Assembly: GCA_964016885.1 (NCBI GenBank)
Contig: CAXHJY010000955.1
Span: forward strand, 1-64,000
Direction: 5' to 3'
DNA: 64,000 nucleotides
Source: Eledone cirrhosa
Lineage: Eukaryota
The notes below the pieces were generated by a model, which was given only the letters and a program-made list of their open reading frames with translations, did no database searches and had not been told where the DNA came from. Shown in pieces: positions 50,623 to 64,000 of the stretch. Numbering within the stretch: the first letter of the stretch is position 1; every line of letters begins with the position of its first letter. A program made the position numbers and the translations under genes.

Positions 50623-50700
<78 letters not shown>
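50622..50700 (+). repeat. (TA)n microsatellite
   Basis: Direct reading. Confidence 0.95.
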
Positions 50701-50702
<2 letters not shown>

Positions 50703-50742
50703 ATCTACAATATGGGGTGTACAAGAAAGCATATACAATGTT

Positions 50743-51180
50743 TCATCATCATCATCGTTTTCACATCTGTTTTACCATGCTTGGATGGGTTGGACGGGTC
50801 CTTCTCAGCATGGCATCTCTCCACTCCTCATATTCCTTCATCATCTCCTCTGTGAGTCTCAGCAATTTGAAGTCAGCTCTCACCACCTCTGCCCAGGTCT
50901 TTCTCGGCTTACCTCTAATGTCACTTCCTTCCACTGTCACTTCTTCATCCAACAATCATCATCCATGTGCATCACATGTCTGTACCAACACAGTCTTTTC
51001 TCTTACACACCACCTCGGATTCCTCTTAAACCCAGCTTCTCCCTCAACTTGTCCAAGCTCTATCTTTCTCTCACACTTACATCGTGGCCAGTGGAGTGAT
51101 GCTGTGCTGAGAAGGACCCATACAACCCATGCGAGCATGGAAAAACAGACGTAAAAATGACAATGATGATGATGGTGATG
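50743..51180. mobile_element. Antisense RTE 3' fragment joined to a short sense RTE tail
   Basis: 50743-51083 minus (GKPRKTWAEVV); 51084-51180 plus is the reverse complement of about 50743-50826. Confidence 0.75.
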
Positions 51181-51710
51181 CTTTGACAAAAAGTAACTGA
51201 AATTAATTATAGATTTGCCCACACAGTGTGTATCATGTGTTCATCAACCTACTTAATCTTTCAGTGAAGATTGCTCTGTGTGAAAAGTTAATGGGATTAT
51301 ATGATCAGTGACTGGACTGTCATTACATCAAGTCATCTTAGATACCTCTTTCTCTCTCTCTCTCTTTCTACACTCACATACACTCACTCACTCACACACA
51401 TACACTTACTCACTCACACCCACACACTCACACTCCCACACATACACTCACTCACTCAAACCAACACACATACACTCACATTCACACACTTACACTAACA
51501 CACATATGTAAATCAACTTTTTTAAAAGATGTAACATAGGTAGTCGCTTGCATAAGTATTAACTTGTTTTTGTCCATCAATGTTATGATCCAATTCTATC
51601 ATCAACAGTCTAAGCTGACTTTCATTAAATTTGAAGTTCAGAAACAAGATTAAGATATTGTTGAACCAACGATTGGAATTGAATCTTTAACAATTCAGTC
51701 TTCTTCTGGT

Positions 51711-54700
51711 GGACCAGTGGTGGCAATAATGACAGTTACAGTATTGAACATGGACCAGTGCTGTCAATAATGACAGTTACAGTATTGAACATGGACCAGT
51801 GCTGTCAATAACGACAGTTACAGCATTGGTTGGACATGGACCACTGCTGTCAATAATGATAGCTACATCATTGAACATGGACCAATGCTGTCAATAACGA
51901 CAGCTACAGCATTGAACGTGGACCAATGTTGTCAATAACGACAGCTACAGCATTGAACGTGGACCAATGCTGTCAATAACGACAGCTACAGCATTGAACA
52001 TGGACCAATGCTGTCAATAATGACAGCTACAGCATTGAACGTGGACCAATGCTGTCAATAACGACAGCTACAGCATTGAACGTGGACCAATGCTGTCAAT
52101 AATGACAGCTACAGCATTGAACGTGGACCAATCCTGTCAATAATGACAACTACAGCATTGACCAGGGACAAATGCTGTCAATAACGACAGCTACAGCATT
52201 GAACATGGACCAATGCTGTCAATAATGACAGCTACAGCATTAAATATGGACCAATGCTGTCAATAATGAAAGCTACAGCATTGAACACGGACCAATGCTG
52301 TCAATAACGACAGCTACAGCATTGAACATGAACCAATGCTGTCAATAATGACAGCTACAGCATTGCTGCCAATAATGATAGCTACAGCATTGAACATGGA
52401 CCAATGCTGTCAATAATGACAGCTACAGCATTGAACATGGACCAATGATGTCAATAATGACAGCTACAGCATTGCTGCCAATAATGATAGCTACAGCATT
52501 GAACATGGACCAATGATGTCAATAATGACAGCTATAGCATTGAACATGGACTAATGCTATCAATAATAACAGCCACAGCATTGAACACGGACCAATGCTG
52601 TCAATAATGACAGCTACAGCATTGAACATGGACCAATGATGTCAATAACGACAGCTACAGCATTGAACATGGACCAATGCTGTCAATAATGACAGCAACA
52701 GCATTAAATATGGACCAATGCTGTCAATAATGACAGCTACAGCATTGAACATGGACCAATGCTGTCAATAATGACAGCTACAGCATTGAATATGGACCAA
52801 TGCTGTCAATAATGACAGCTACAGCATTGAACGTGGACCAATGCTGTCAATAACGACAGCTACAGCATTGAACATGAACCAATGCTGTCAATAATGACAG
52901 CTACAGCATTGCTGCCAATAATGATAGCTACAGCATTGAACGTGGACCAATACTGTCAATAATGACAGCTACAGCATTGCTGCCAATAATGATAGCTACA
53001 GCATTGAACATGGACCAATGCTGTCAATAATGACAGCTACAGCATTGAACATGGACCAGCGCTGTCAATAATGACAGCTACAGCATTGAACATGGACCAG
53101 CGCTGTCAATAATGACAGCTACAGCATTGAACATGGACCAATGCTGTCAATAATGACAGCTACAGCATTGAACATGGACCAATGCTGTCAATAACGACAG
53201 CTATAGCATTGAACATGAACCAATGCTGTCAATAATGATAGCTACAGCATTGAACATGGACCAATGCTGTCAATAATGACAGCTACAGCATTGCTGCCAA
53301 TAATGATAGCTACAGCATTGAACGAGGACCAATGCTGTCAATAATGACAGCTACAGCATTGAACATGGACCAATGCTGTCAATAATGACAGCTACAGCAT
53401 TGAACATGGACCAATGATGTCAATAATGACAGCTATAGCATTGCACATGGATCAATGCTATCAATAATAACAGCTACAGCATTGAACATGGACCAATGAT
53501 GTCAATAATGACAGCTATAGCATTGAACATGGACCAATGCTATCAATAATAACAGCTACAGCATTGAACATGGACCAATGCTGTCAATAATGACAGCTAC
53601 AGCATTGAACATGGACCAGCGCTGTCAATAATGACAGCTACAGCATTGAACATGGACCAATGCTGTCAATAATGACAGCTATAGCATTGAACATGAACCA
53701 ATGTTGTCAATAATGACAGCTACAGCATTGAACATGGACCAATGCTGTCAATAACGACAGCTATAGCATTGAACATGGACCAATGCTGTCAATAACGACA
53801 GCTACAGCATTGAACGTGGACCAATGTTGTCAATAACGACAGCTACAGCATTGAACGTGGACCAATGCTGTCAATAACGACAGCTACAGCATTGAACATG
53901 GACCAATGCTGTCAATAATGACAGCTACAGCATTGAACGTGGACCAATGCTGTCAATAACGACAGCTACAGCATTGAACGTGGACCAATGCTGTCAATAA
54001 TGACAGCTACAGCATTGAACGTGGACCAATCCTGTCAATAATGACAACTACAGCATTGACCAGGGACAAATGCTGTCAATAACGACAGCTACAGCATTGA
54101 ACATGGACCAATGCTGTCAATAATGACAGCTACAGCATTAAATATGGACCAATGCTGTCAATAATAAAAGCTACAGCATTGAACACGGACCAATGCTGTC
54201 AATAACGACAGCTACAGCATTGAACATGAACCAATGCTGTCAATAATGACAGCTACAGCATTGCTGCCAATAATGATAGCTACAGCATTGAACATGGACC
54301 AATGCTGTCAATAATGACAGCTACAGCATTGAACATGGACCAATGATGTCAATAATGACAGCTACAGCATTGCTGCCAATAATGATAGCTACAGCATTGA
54401 ACATGGACCAATGATGTCAATAATGACAGCTATAGCATTGAACATGGACTAATGCTATCAATAATAACAGCCACAGCATTGAACACGGACCAATGCTGTC
54501 AATAATGACAGCTACAGCATTGAACATGGACCAATGATGTCAATAACGACAGCTACAGCATTGAACATGGACCAATGCTGTCAATAATGACAGCAACAGC
54601 ATTAAATATGGACCAATGCTGTCAATAATGACAGCTACAGCATTGAACATGGACCAATGCTGTCAATAATGACAGCTACAGCATTGAATATGGACCAATG

Positions 54701-57700
54701 CTGTCAATAATGACAGCTACAGCATTGAACGTGGACCAATGCTGTCAATAACGACAGGTACAGCATTGAACATGAACCAATGCTGTCAATAATGACAGCT
54801 ACAGCATTGCTGCCAATAATGATAGCTACAGCATTGAACGTGGACCAATACTGTCAATAATGACAGCTACAGCATTGCTGCCAATAATGATAGCTACAGC
54901 ATTGAACATGGACCAATGCTGTCAATAATGACAGCTACAGCATTGAACATGGACCAGCGCTGTCAATAATGACAGCTACAGCATTGAACATGGACCAGCG
55001 CTGTCAATAATGACAGCTACAGCATTGAACATGGACCAATGCTGTCAATAATGACAGCTACAGCATTGAACATGGACCAATGCTGTCAATAACGACAGCT
55101 ATAGCATTGAACATGAACCAATGCTGTCAATAATGATAGCTACAGCATTGAACATGGACCAATGCTGTCAATAATGACAGCTACAGCATTGCTGCCAATA
55201 ATGATAGCTACAGCATTGAACGAGGACCAATGCTGTCAATAATGACAGCTACAGCATTGAACATGGACCAATGCTGTCAATAATGACAGCTACAGCATTG
55301 AACATGGACCAATGATGTCAATAACGACAGCTATAGCATTGCACATGGATCAATGCTATCAATAATAACAGCTACAGCATTGAACATGGACCAATGATGT
55401 CAATAATGACAGCTATAGCATTGAACATGGACCAATGCTATCAATAATAACAGCTACAGCATTGAACATGGACCAATGCTGTCAATAATGACAGCTACAG
55501 CATTGAACATGGACCAGCGCTGTCAATAATGACAGCTACAGCATTGAACATGGACCAATGCTGTCAATAATGACAGCTATAGCATTGAACATGAACCAAT
55601 GTTGTCAATAATGACAGCTACAGCATTGAACATGGACCAATGCTGTCAATAACGACAGCTATAGCATTGAACATGAACCAATGTTGTCAATAATGATCGC
55701 TACAGCATTGAACATGGACCAATGCTGTCAATAATTACAGCTACAGCATTGAACGTGGACCAATGATGTCAATAATGACAGCTACAGCATTGAACATGAA
55801 CCAATGCTGTCAATAATGACAGCTACAGCATTGAACGTGGACCAATGCTGTCAATAATGACAGCTACAGCATTGAACACGGACTAATGCTGTCAATAATG
55901 ACAGCTACAGCATTGAACATGAACCAATGCTGTCAATAATGACATCTACAGCATTGAACGTGGACCGATGCTGTCAATAATGATAGCTACAGCATTGAAC
56001 GTGGACCAGTGCTGTCAATAATGACAGCTACAGCATTGAACATGGACCAATGCTGTCAATAATAACAGCTACAGCATTGAACATGGACCAATGATGTCAA
56101 TAATGACAGCTATAGCATTGAACATGGACCAATGCTATCAATAATAACAGCTACAGCATTGAACATGGACCAATGATGTCAATAATGACAGCTACAGCAT
56201 TGAACATGGACCAATGATGTCAATAATGACAGCTACAGCATTGAACATGGACCAACGCTGTCAATAATGACAGCTACAGCATTGAACATGGACCAACGCT
56301 GTCAATAATGACAGCTACAGCATTGAACATGGACCAGCGCTGTCAATAATGACAGCTACAGCATTGAACATGGACAATGCTGTCAATAATGACAGCTATA
56401 GCATTGAACCTGAACCAATGCTGTCAATAATGACAGCTACAGCATTGAACATGGACCAACGCTGTCAATGATGACAGCTACATCATTGAACATGGACCAG
56501 CGCTGTCAATAATGACAGCTACAGCATTGAACATGGACCAATGCTGTCAATAATGACAGCTATAGCATTGCTGCCAATAATGATAGCTACAGCATTGAAC
56601 ATGGACCAATGATGTCAATAATGACAGCTATAGCATTGAACATGAACCAATGCTGTCAATAATGACAGCTACAGCATTGCTGCCAATAATGATAGCTACA
56701 GCATTGAACATGGACCAATGCTGTCAATAATGACAGCTATAGCATTGAACATGAACCAATGCTGTCAATAATGACAGCTACAGCATTGCTGCCAATAATG
56801 ACAGCTACAGCATTGAACATGGACCAATGCTGTCAATAATGACAGCTACAGCATTGCTGCCAATAATGACAGCTACAGCATTGAACATGGACCAATGCTG
56901 TCAATAATGACAGCTACAGCATTGCTGCCAATAATGACAGCTAAAGCATTGAACACGGACCAATGCTGTCAATAATGACAGCTACAGCATTGAACATGGA
57001 CCAATGCTGTCAATAATGACAGCTACAGCATTGAACATGGACCAATGCTGTCAATAATGACAGCTACAGCATTGAACACGGACCAATGCAGTCAATAATG
57101 ACAGCTACAGCATTGAACGTGGACCAATGCTGCCAATAATGATAGCTACAGCATTGAACATGGACCAATGTTGTCAATATTGACAGCTATAGCATTGAAC
57201 ATGAACCAATGCTGTCAATAATGACAGCTACAGCATTGCTGCCAATAATGATAGCTACAGCATTGAACATGGACCAATGATGTCAATAATGACAGCTACA
57301 GCATTGAACATGGACCAATGCAGTCAATAATGACAGCTACAGCATTGAACATGGACCAATGCTGTCAATAATGACAGCTACAGCATTGAACACGGACCAA
57401 TGTTGTCAATAATGACAGCTACAGCATTGAGCATGAACCAATGCTGTCAATAATGACAGCCACAGCATTGCTGCCAATAATGATAGCTATAGCATTGAAC
57501 ATGGACCAATGCTGTCAATAATGACAGCTACAGCATTGAACATGGACCAGCACTGTCAATAATGACAGCTACAGCATTGAACATGGACCAATGCTGTCAA
57601 TAATGACAGCTATAGCATTGAACATGAACCAATGTTGTCAATAATGACAGCTACAGCATTGAACATGGACCAATGCTGTCAATAACGACAGCTATAGCAT

Positions 57701-60700
57701 TGAACATGAACCAATGCTGTCAATAATGATCGCTACAGCATTGAACATGGACCAATGCTGTCAATAATGACAGCTACAGCATTGAACGTGGACCAATGCT
57801 GTCAATAATGACAGCTACAGCATTGAACACGGACTAATGCTGTCAATAATGACAGCTACAGCATTGAACATGAACCAATGCTGTCAATAATGACAGCTAC
57901 AGCATTGAACGTGGACCGATGCTGTCAATAATGATAGCTACAGCATTGAACGTGGACCAATGCTGTCAATAATGACAGCTACAGCATTGAACATGGACCA
58001 ATGCTGTCAATAATAACAGCTACAGCATTGAACATGGACCAATGATGTCAATAATGACAGCTATAGCATTGAACATGGACCAATGCTATCAATAATAACA
58101 GCTACAGCATTGAACATGGACCAATGATGTCAATAATGACAGCTATAGCATTGAACATGGACCAATGCTATCAATAATAACAGCTACAGCATTGAACATG
58201 GACCAATGCTGTCAATAATGACAGCTACAGCATTGAACATGGACCAATGATGTCAATAATGACAGCTACAGCATTGAACATGGACCAACGCTGTCAATAA
58301 TGACAGCTACAGCATTGAACATGGACCAACGCTGTCAATAATGACAGCTACAGCATTGAACATGGACCAGCGCTGTCAATAATGACAGCTACAGCATTGA
58401 ACATGGACAATGCTGTCAATAATGACAGCTATAGCATTGAACCTGAACCAATGCTGTCAATAATGACAGCTACAGCATTGAACATGGACCAACGCTGTCA
58501 ATAATGACAGCTACAGCATTGAACATGGACCAGCGCTGTCAATAATGACAGCTACAGCATTGAACATGGACCAATGCTGTCAATAATGACAGCTATAGCA
58601 TTGCTGCCAATAATGATAGCTACAGCATTGAACATGGACCAATGATGTCAATAATGACAGCTATAGCATTGAACATGAACCAATGCTGTCAATAATGACA
58701 GCTACAGCATTGCTGCCAATAATGATAGCTACTGCATTGAACATGGACCAATGCTGTCAATAATGACAGCTACAGCATTGAACATGGACCAATGCTGTCA
58801 ATAATGACAGCTATAGCATTGAACATGAACCAATGCTGTCAATAATGACAGCTACAGCATTGCTGCCAATAATGACAGCTACAGCATTGAACATGGACCA
58901 ATGCTGTCAATAATGACAGCTACAGCATTGCTGCCAATAATGACAGCTACAGCATTGAACATGGACCAATGCTGTCAATAATGACAGCTACAGCATTGCT
59001 GCCAATAATGACAGCTAAAGCATTGAAGACGGACCAATGCTGTCAATAATGACAGCTACAGCATTGAACAGGGACCAATGCTGTCAATAATGACAGCTAC
59101 AGCATTGAACATGGACCAATGCAGTCAATAATGACAGCTACAGCATTGAACATGGACCAATGCTGTCAATAATGACAGCTACAGCATTGAGCATGAACCA
59201 ATGCTGTCAATAATGACAGCCACAGCATTGCTGCCAATAATGATAGCTATAGCATTGAACATGGACCAATGCTGTCAATAATGACAGCTACAGCATTGAA
59301 CATGGACCAGCACTGTCAATAATGACAGCTACAGCATTGAACATGGACCAATGCTGTCAATAATGACAGCTATAGCATTGAACATGAACCAATGTTGTCA
59401 ATAATGACAGCTACAGCATTGAACATGGACCAATGCTGTCAATAACGACAGCTATAGCATTGAACATGAACCAATGCTGTCAATAATGATCGCTACAGCA
59501 TTGAACATGGACCAATGCTGTCAATAATGACAGCTACAGCATTGAACGTGGACCAATGCTGTCAATAATGACAGCTACAGCATTGAACACGGACTAATGC
59601 TGTCAATAATGACAGCTACAGCATTGAACATGAACCAATGCTGTCAATAATGACAGCTACAGCATTGAACGTGGACCGATGCTGTCAATAATGATAGCTA
59701 CAGCATTGAACGTGGACCAATGCTGTCAATAATGACAGCTACAGCATTGAACATGGACCAATGCTGTCAATAATAACAGCTACAGCATTGAACATGGACC
59801 AATGATGTCAATAATGACAGCTATAGCATTGAACATGGACCAATGCTATCAATAATAACAGCTACAGCATTGAACATGGACCAATGATGTCAATAATGAC
59901 AGCTATAGCATTGAACATGGACCAATGCTATCAATAATAACAGCTACAGCATTGAACATGGACCAATGCTGTCAATAATGACAGCTACAGCATTGAACAT
60001 GGACCAATGATGTCAATAATGACAGCTACAGCATTGAACATGGACCAACGCTGTCAATAATGACAGCTACAGCATTGAACATGGACCAACGCTGTCAATA
60101 ATGACAGCTACAGCATTGAACATGGACCAGCGCTGTCAATAATGACAGCTACAGCATTGAACATGGACAATGCTGTCAATAATGACAGCTATAGCATTGA
60201 ACCTGAACCAATGCTGTCAATAATGACAGCTACAGCATTGAACATGGACCAACGCTGTCAATAATGACAGCTACAGCATTGAACATGGACCAGCGCTGTC
60301 AATAATGACAGCTACAGCATTGAACATGGACCAATGCTGTCAATAATGACAGCTATAGCATTGCTGCCAATAATGATAGCTACAGCATTGAACATGGACC
60401 AATGATGTCAATAATGACAGCTATAGCATTGAACATGAACCAATGCTGTCAATAATGACAGCTACAGCATTGCTGCCAATAATGATAGCTACTGCATTGA
60501 ACATGGACCAATGCTGTCAATAATGACAGCTACAGCATTGAACATGGACCAATGCTGTCAATAATGACAGCTATAGCATTGAACATGAACCAATGCTGTC
60601 AATAATGACAGCTACAGCATTGCTGCCAATAATGACAGCTACAGCATTGAACATGGACCAATGCTGTCAATAATGACAGCTACAGCATTGCTGCCAATAA

Positions 60701-63700
60701 TGACAGCTACAGCATTGAACATGGACCAATGCTGTCAATAATGACAGCTACAGCATTGCTGCCAATAATGACAGCTAAAGCATTGAAGACGGACCAATGC
60801 TGTCAATAATGACAGCTACAGCATTGAACAGGGACCAATGCTGTCAATAATGACAGCTACAGCATTGAACATGGACCAATGCAGTCAATAATGACAGCTA
60901 CAGCATTGAACATGGACCAATGCTGTCAATAATGACAGCTACAGCATTGAACACGGACCAATGTTGTCAATAATGACAGCTACAGCATTGAACATGAACC
61001 AATGCTGTCAATAATGACAGCCACAGCATTGCTGCCAATAATGATAGCTATAGCATTGAACATGGACCAATGATGTCAATAATGACAGCTACAGCATTAA
61101 ACATGGACCAATGCAGTCAATAATGACAGCTACAGCATTGAACATGGACCAATGCTGTCAATAATAACAGCTACAGCATTGAACATGGACCAATGTTGTC
61201 AATATTGACAGCTATAGCATTGAACATGAACCAATGATGTCAATAATGACAGCTACAGCATTGAACATGAACCAATGCTGTCAATAATGACAGCTACAGC
61301 ATTGCTGCCAATAATGATAGCTACAGCATTGAACATGGACCAATGATGTCAATAATGATAGCTATAGCATTGAACATGGACCAATGATGTCAATAATGAC
61401 AGCTACAGCATTGAACATGGACCAATGCAGTCAATAATGACAGCTACAGCATTGAACATGGACCAATGCTGTCAATAATGACAGCTACAGCATTGAACAT
61501 GGACCAATGCTGTCAATAATGACAGCTACAGCATTGAACATGGACCAATGCTGTCAATAATGACAGCTTCAGCATTGAACATGGACCAATGCTGTCAATA
61601 ATGACAGCTATAGCATTGAACATGGACCAATGATGTTAATAATGACAGCTACAGCATTGAACATGGACCAATGCTGTCAATAACGACAGCTACAGCATTG
61701 AACGTGGACCAATTCTGTCAATAATGACAGCTACAGCATTGAACATGAACCAATGCTGTCAATAATGACAGCTACAGCATTGCTGCCAATAATGATAGCT
61801 ACAGCATTGAACGTGGACCAATGCTGTCAATAATAACAGCTACAGCATTGAACATGGACCAATGCTGTCAATAATGACAGCTACAGCATTGAACATGGAC
61901 CAATGCTGTCAATAATGACAGCTACAGCATTGAACATGGACCAATGCTGTCAATAATGACAGCTTCAGCATTGAACATGGACCAATGCTGTCAATAATGA
62001 CAGCTATAACATTGAACATGGACCAATGATGTTAATAATGACAGCTACAGCATTGAACATGGACCAATGCTGTCAATAACGACAGCTACAGCATTGAACG
62101 TGGACCAATTCTGTCAATAATGACAGCTACAGCATTGAACATGAACCAATGCTGTCAATAATGACAGCTACAGCATTGCTGCCAATAATGATAGCTACAG
62201 CATTGAACGTGGACCAATGCTGTCAATAATAACAGCTACAGCATTGAACATGGACCAATGATGTCAATAATGACAGCTATAGCATTGAACATGGACCAAT
62301 GCTATCAATAATAACAGCTACAGCATTGAACATGGACCAATGATGTCAATAATGACAGCTACAGCATTGAACATGGACCAGCGCTGTCAATAATGACAGC
62401 TACAGCATTGAACATGGACCAATGCTGTCAATAATGACAGCTATAGCATTGAACGTGGACCAATGCTGTCAATAATGATAGCTACAGCATTGAACATGGA
62501 CCAATGCTGTCAATAATGACAGCTACAGCATTGAACATGGACCAATGCTGTCAATAATGACAGCTATAGCATTGAACGTGGACCAATGCTGTCAATAATG
62601 ATAGCTACAGCATTGAACATGGACCAATGCTGTCAATAATGATAGCTACAGCATTGAACATGGACCAATGCTGTCAATAATGACAGCTACAGCATTGAAC
62701 ATGGACCAATGCTGTCAATAATGACAGCTACAGCATTGAACATGGACCAATGCTGTCAATAATGACAGCTACAGCATTGAACATGGACCAACGCTGTCAA
62801 TAATGACAGCTACAGCATTGAACATGGACCAATGATGTCAATAATGACAGCTACAGCATTGAACATGGACCAACGCTGTCAATAATGACAGCTACAGCAT
62901 TGAACATGGACCAACGCTGTCAATAATGACAGCTACAGCATTGAACATGGACCAGCGCTGTCAATAATGACAGCTACAGCATTGAACATGGACAATGCTG
63001 TCAATAATGACAGCTATAGCATTGAACCTGAACCAATGCTGTCAATAATGACAGCTACAGCATTGAACATGGACCAACGCTGTCAATAATGACAGCTACA
63101 GCATTGAACATGGACCAGCGCTGTCAATAATGACAGCTACAGCATTGAACATGGACCAATGCTGTCAATAATGACAGCTATAGCATTGCTGCCAATAATG
63201 ATAGCTACAGCATTGAACATGGACCAATGATGTCAATAATGACAGCTATAGCATTGAACATGAACCAATGCTGTCAATAATGACAGCTACAGCATTGCTG
63301 CCAATAATGATAGCTACAGCATTGAACATGGACCAATGCTGTCAATAATGACAGCTATAGCATTGAACATGAACCAATGCTGTCAATAATGACAGCTACA
63401 GCATTGAACATGGACCAATGCTGTCAATAATGACAGCTATAGCATTGAACATGAACCAATGCTGTCAATAATGACAGCTACAGCATTGCTGCCAATAATG
63501 ACAGCTACAGCATTGAACATGGACCAATGCTGTCAATAATGACAGCTACAGCATTGCTGCCAATAATGACAGCTACAGCATTGAACATGGACCAATGCTG
63601 TCAATAATGACAGCTACAGCATTGCTGCCAATAATGACAGCTAAAGCATTGAAGACGGACCAATGCTGTCAATAATGACAGCTACAGCATTGAACATGGA

Positions 63701-64000
63701 CCAATGCTGTCAATAATGACAGCTACAGCATTGAACATGGACCAATGCAGTCAATAATGACAGCTACAGCATTGAACATGGACCAATGCTGTCAATAATG
63801 ACAGCTACAGCATTGAACACGGACCAATGTTGTCAATAATGACAGCTACAGCATTGAACATGAACCAATGCTGTCAATAATGACAGCCACAGCATTGCTG
63901 CCAATAATGATAGCTATAGCATTGAACATGGACCAATGATGTCAATAATGACAGCTACAGCATTGAACATGGACCAATGCAGTCAATAATGACAGCTACA
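51711..64000 (+). repeat. Satellite DNA: 41-bp palindromic monomer with 27-bp and 40-bp variants, roughly 300 monomers, running off the window end
   Basis: Consensus gaacatggaccaatgctgtcaataatgacagctacagcatt (period 41, e.g. 53041 to 53082). Short variant gctgccaataatgatagctacagcatt. The most diverged monomers are at the left edge. Confidence 0.98.

Noticed and set aside
51711-64000. CRISPR array (palindromic 30-40 bp repeats)
   Set aside because: No unique spacers: the whole 41-bp unit repeats head to tail. No cas genes, and the context is eukaryotic.
51711-64000. Repetitive protein-coding exon
   Set aside because: The period of 41 is not a multiple of 3, and each unit has TAA/TGA (plus) and TAG/TGA (minus), so every frame closes within a few units.

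Overview
AT-rich, repeat-dense eukaryotic DNA. The SINE and RTE repertoire looks like a coleoid cephalopod, probably an octopod; this is inferred from recalled repeat families. Two protein-coding genes are supportable. (1) An intronless tubulin-specific chaperone C gene (TBCC, 4861-5847, +). (2) A four-exon minus-strand gene (32370-21529, 299 aa, three phase-0 GT-AG introns). It encodes a stand-alone homologue of the C-terminal SAM-dependent methyltransferase of the ovothiol synthase OvoA, preceded by a hydrophobic N-terminal anchor. The rest is mobile and repetitive DNA: RTE, CR1/L2, R4-like and CRE-like LINE relics; tRNA-derived SINEs; hAT, piggyBac and Tc1/mariner elements; Helentron-associated-like elements; and Penelope fragments with two minimal hammerhead ribozyme motifs. 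There are also several inverted (foldback) structures, micro- and minisatellites, and a >12 kb satellite (51711 to window end). The satellite has a 41-bp monomer with two mutually exclusive hairpins and 1898-bp and 1760-bp higher-order repeats. No CRISPR array, rRNA or genuine tRNA is present. Repeat boundaries were read by eye and are approximate.
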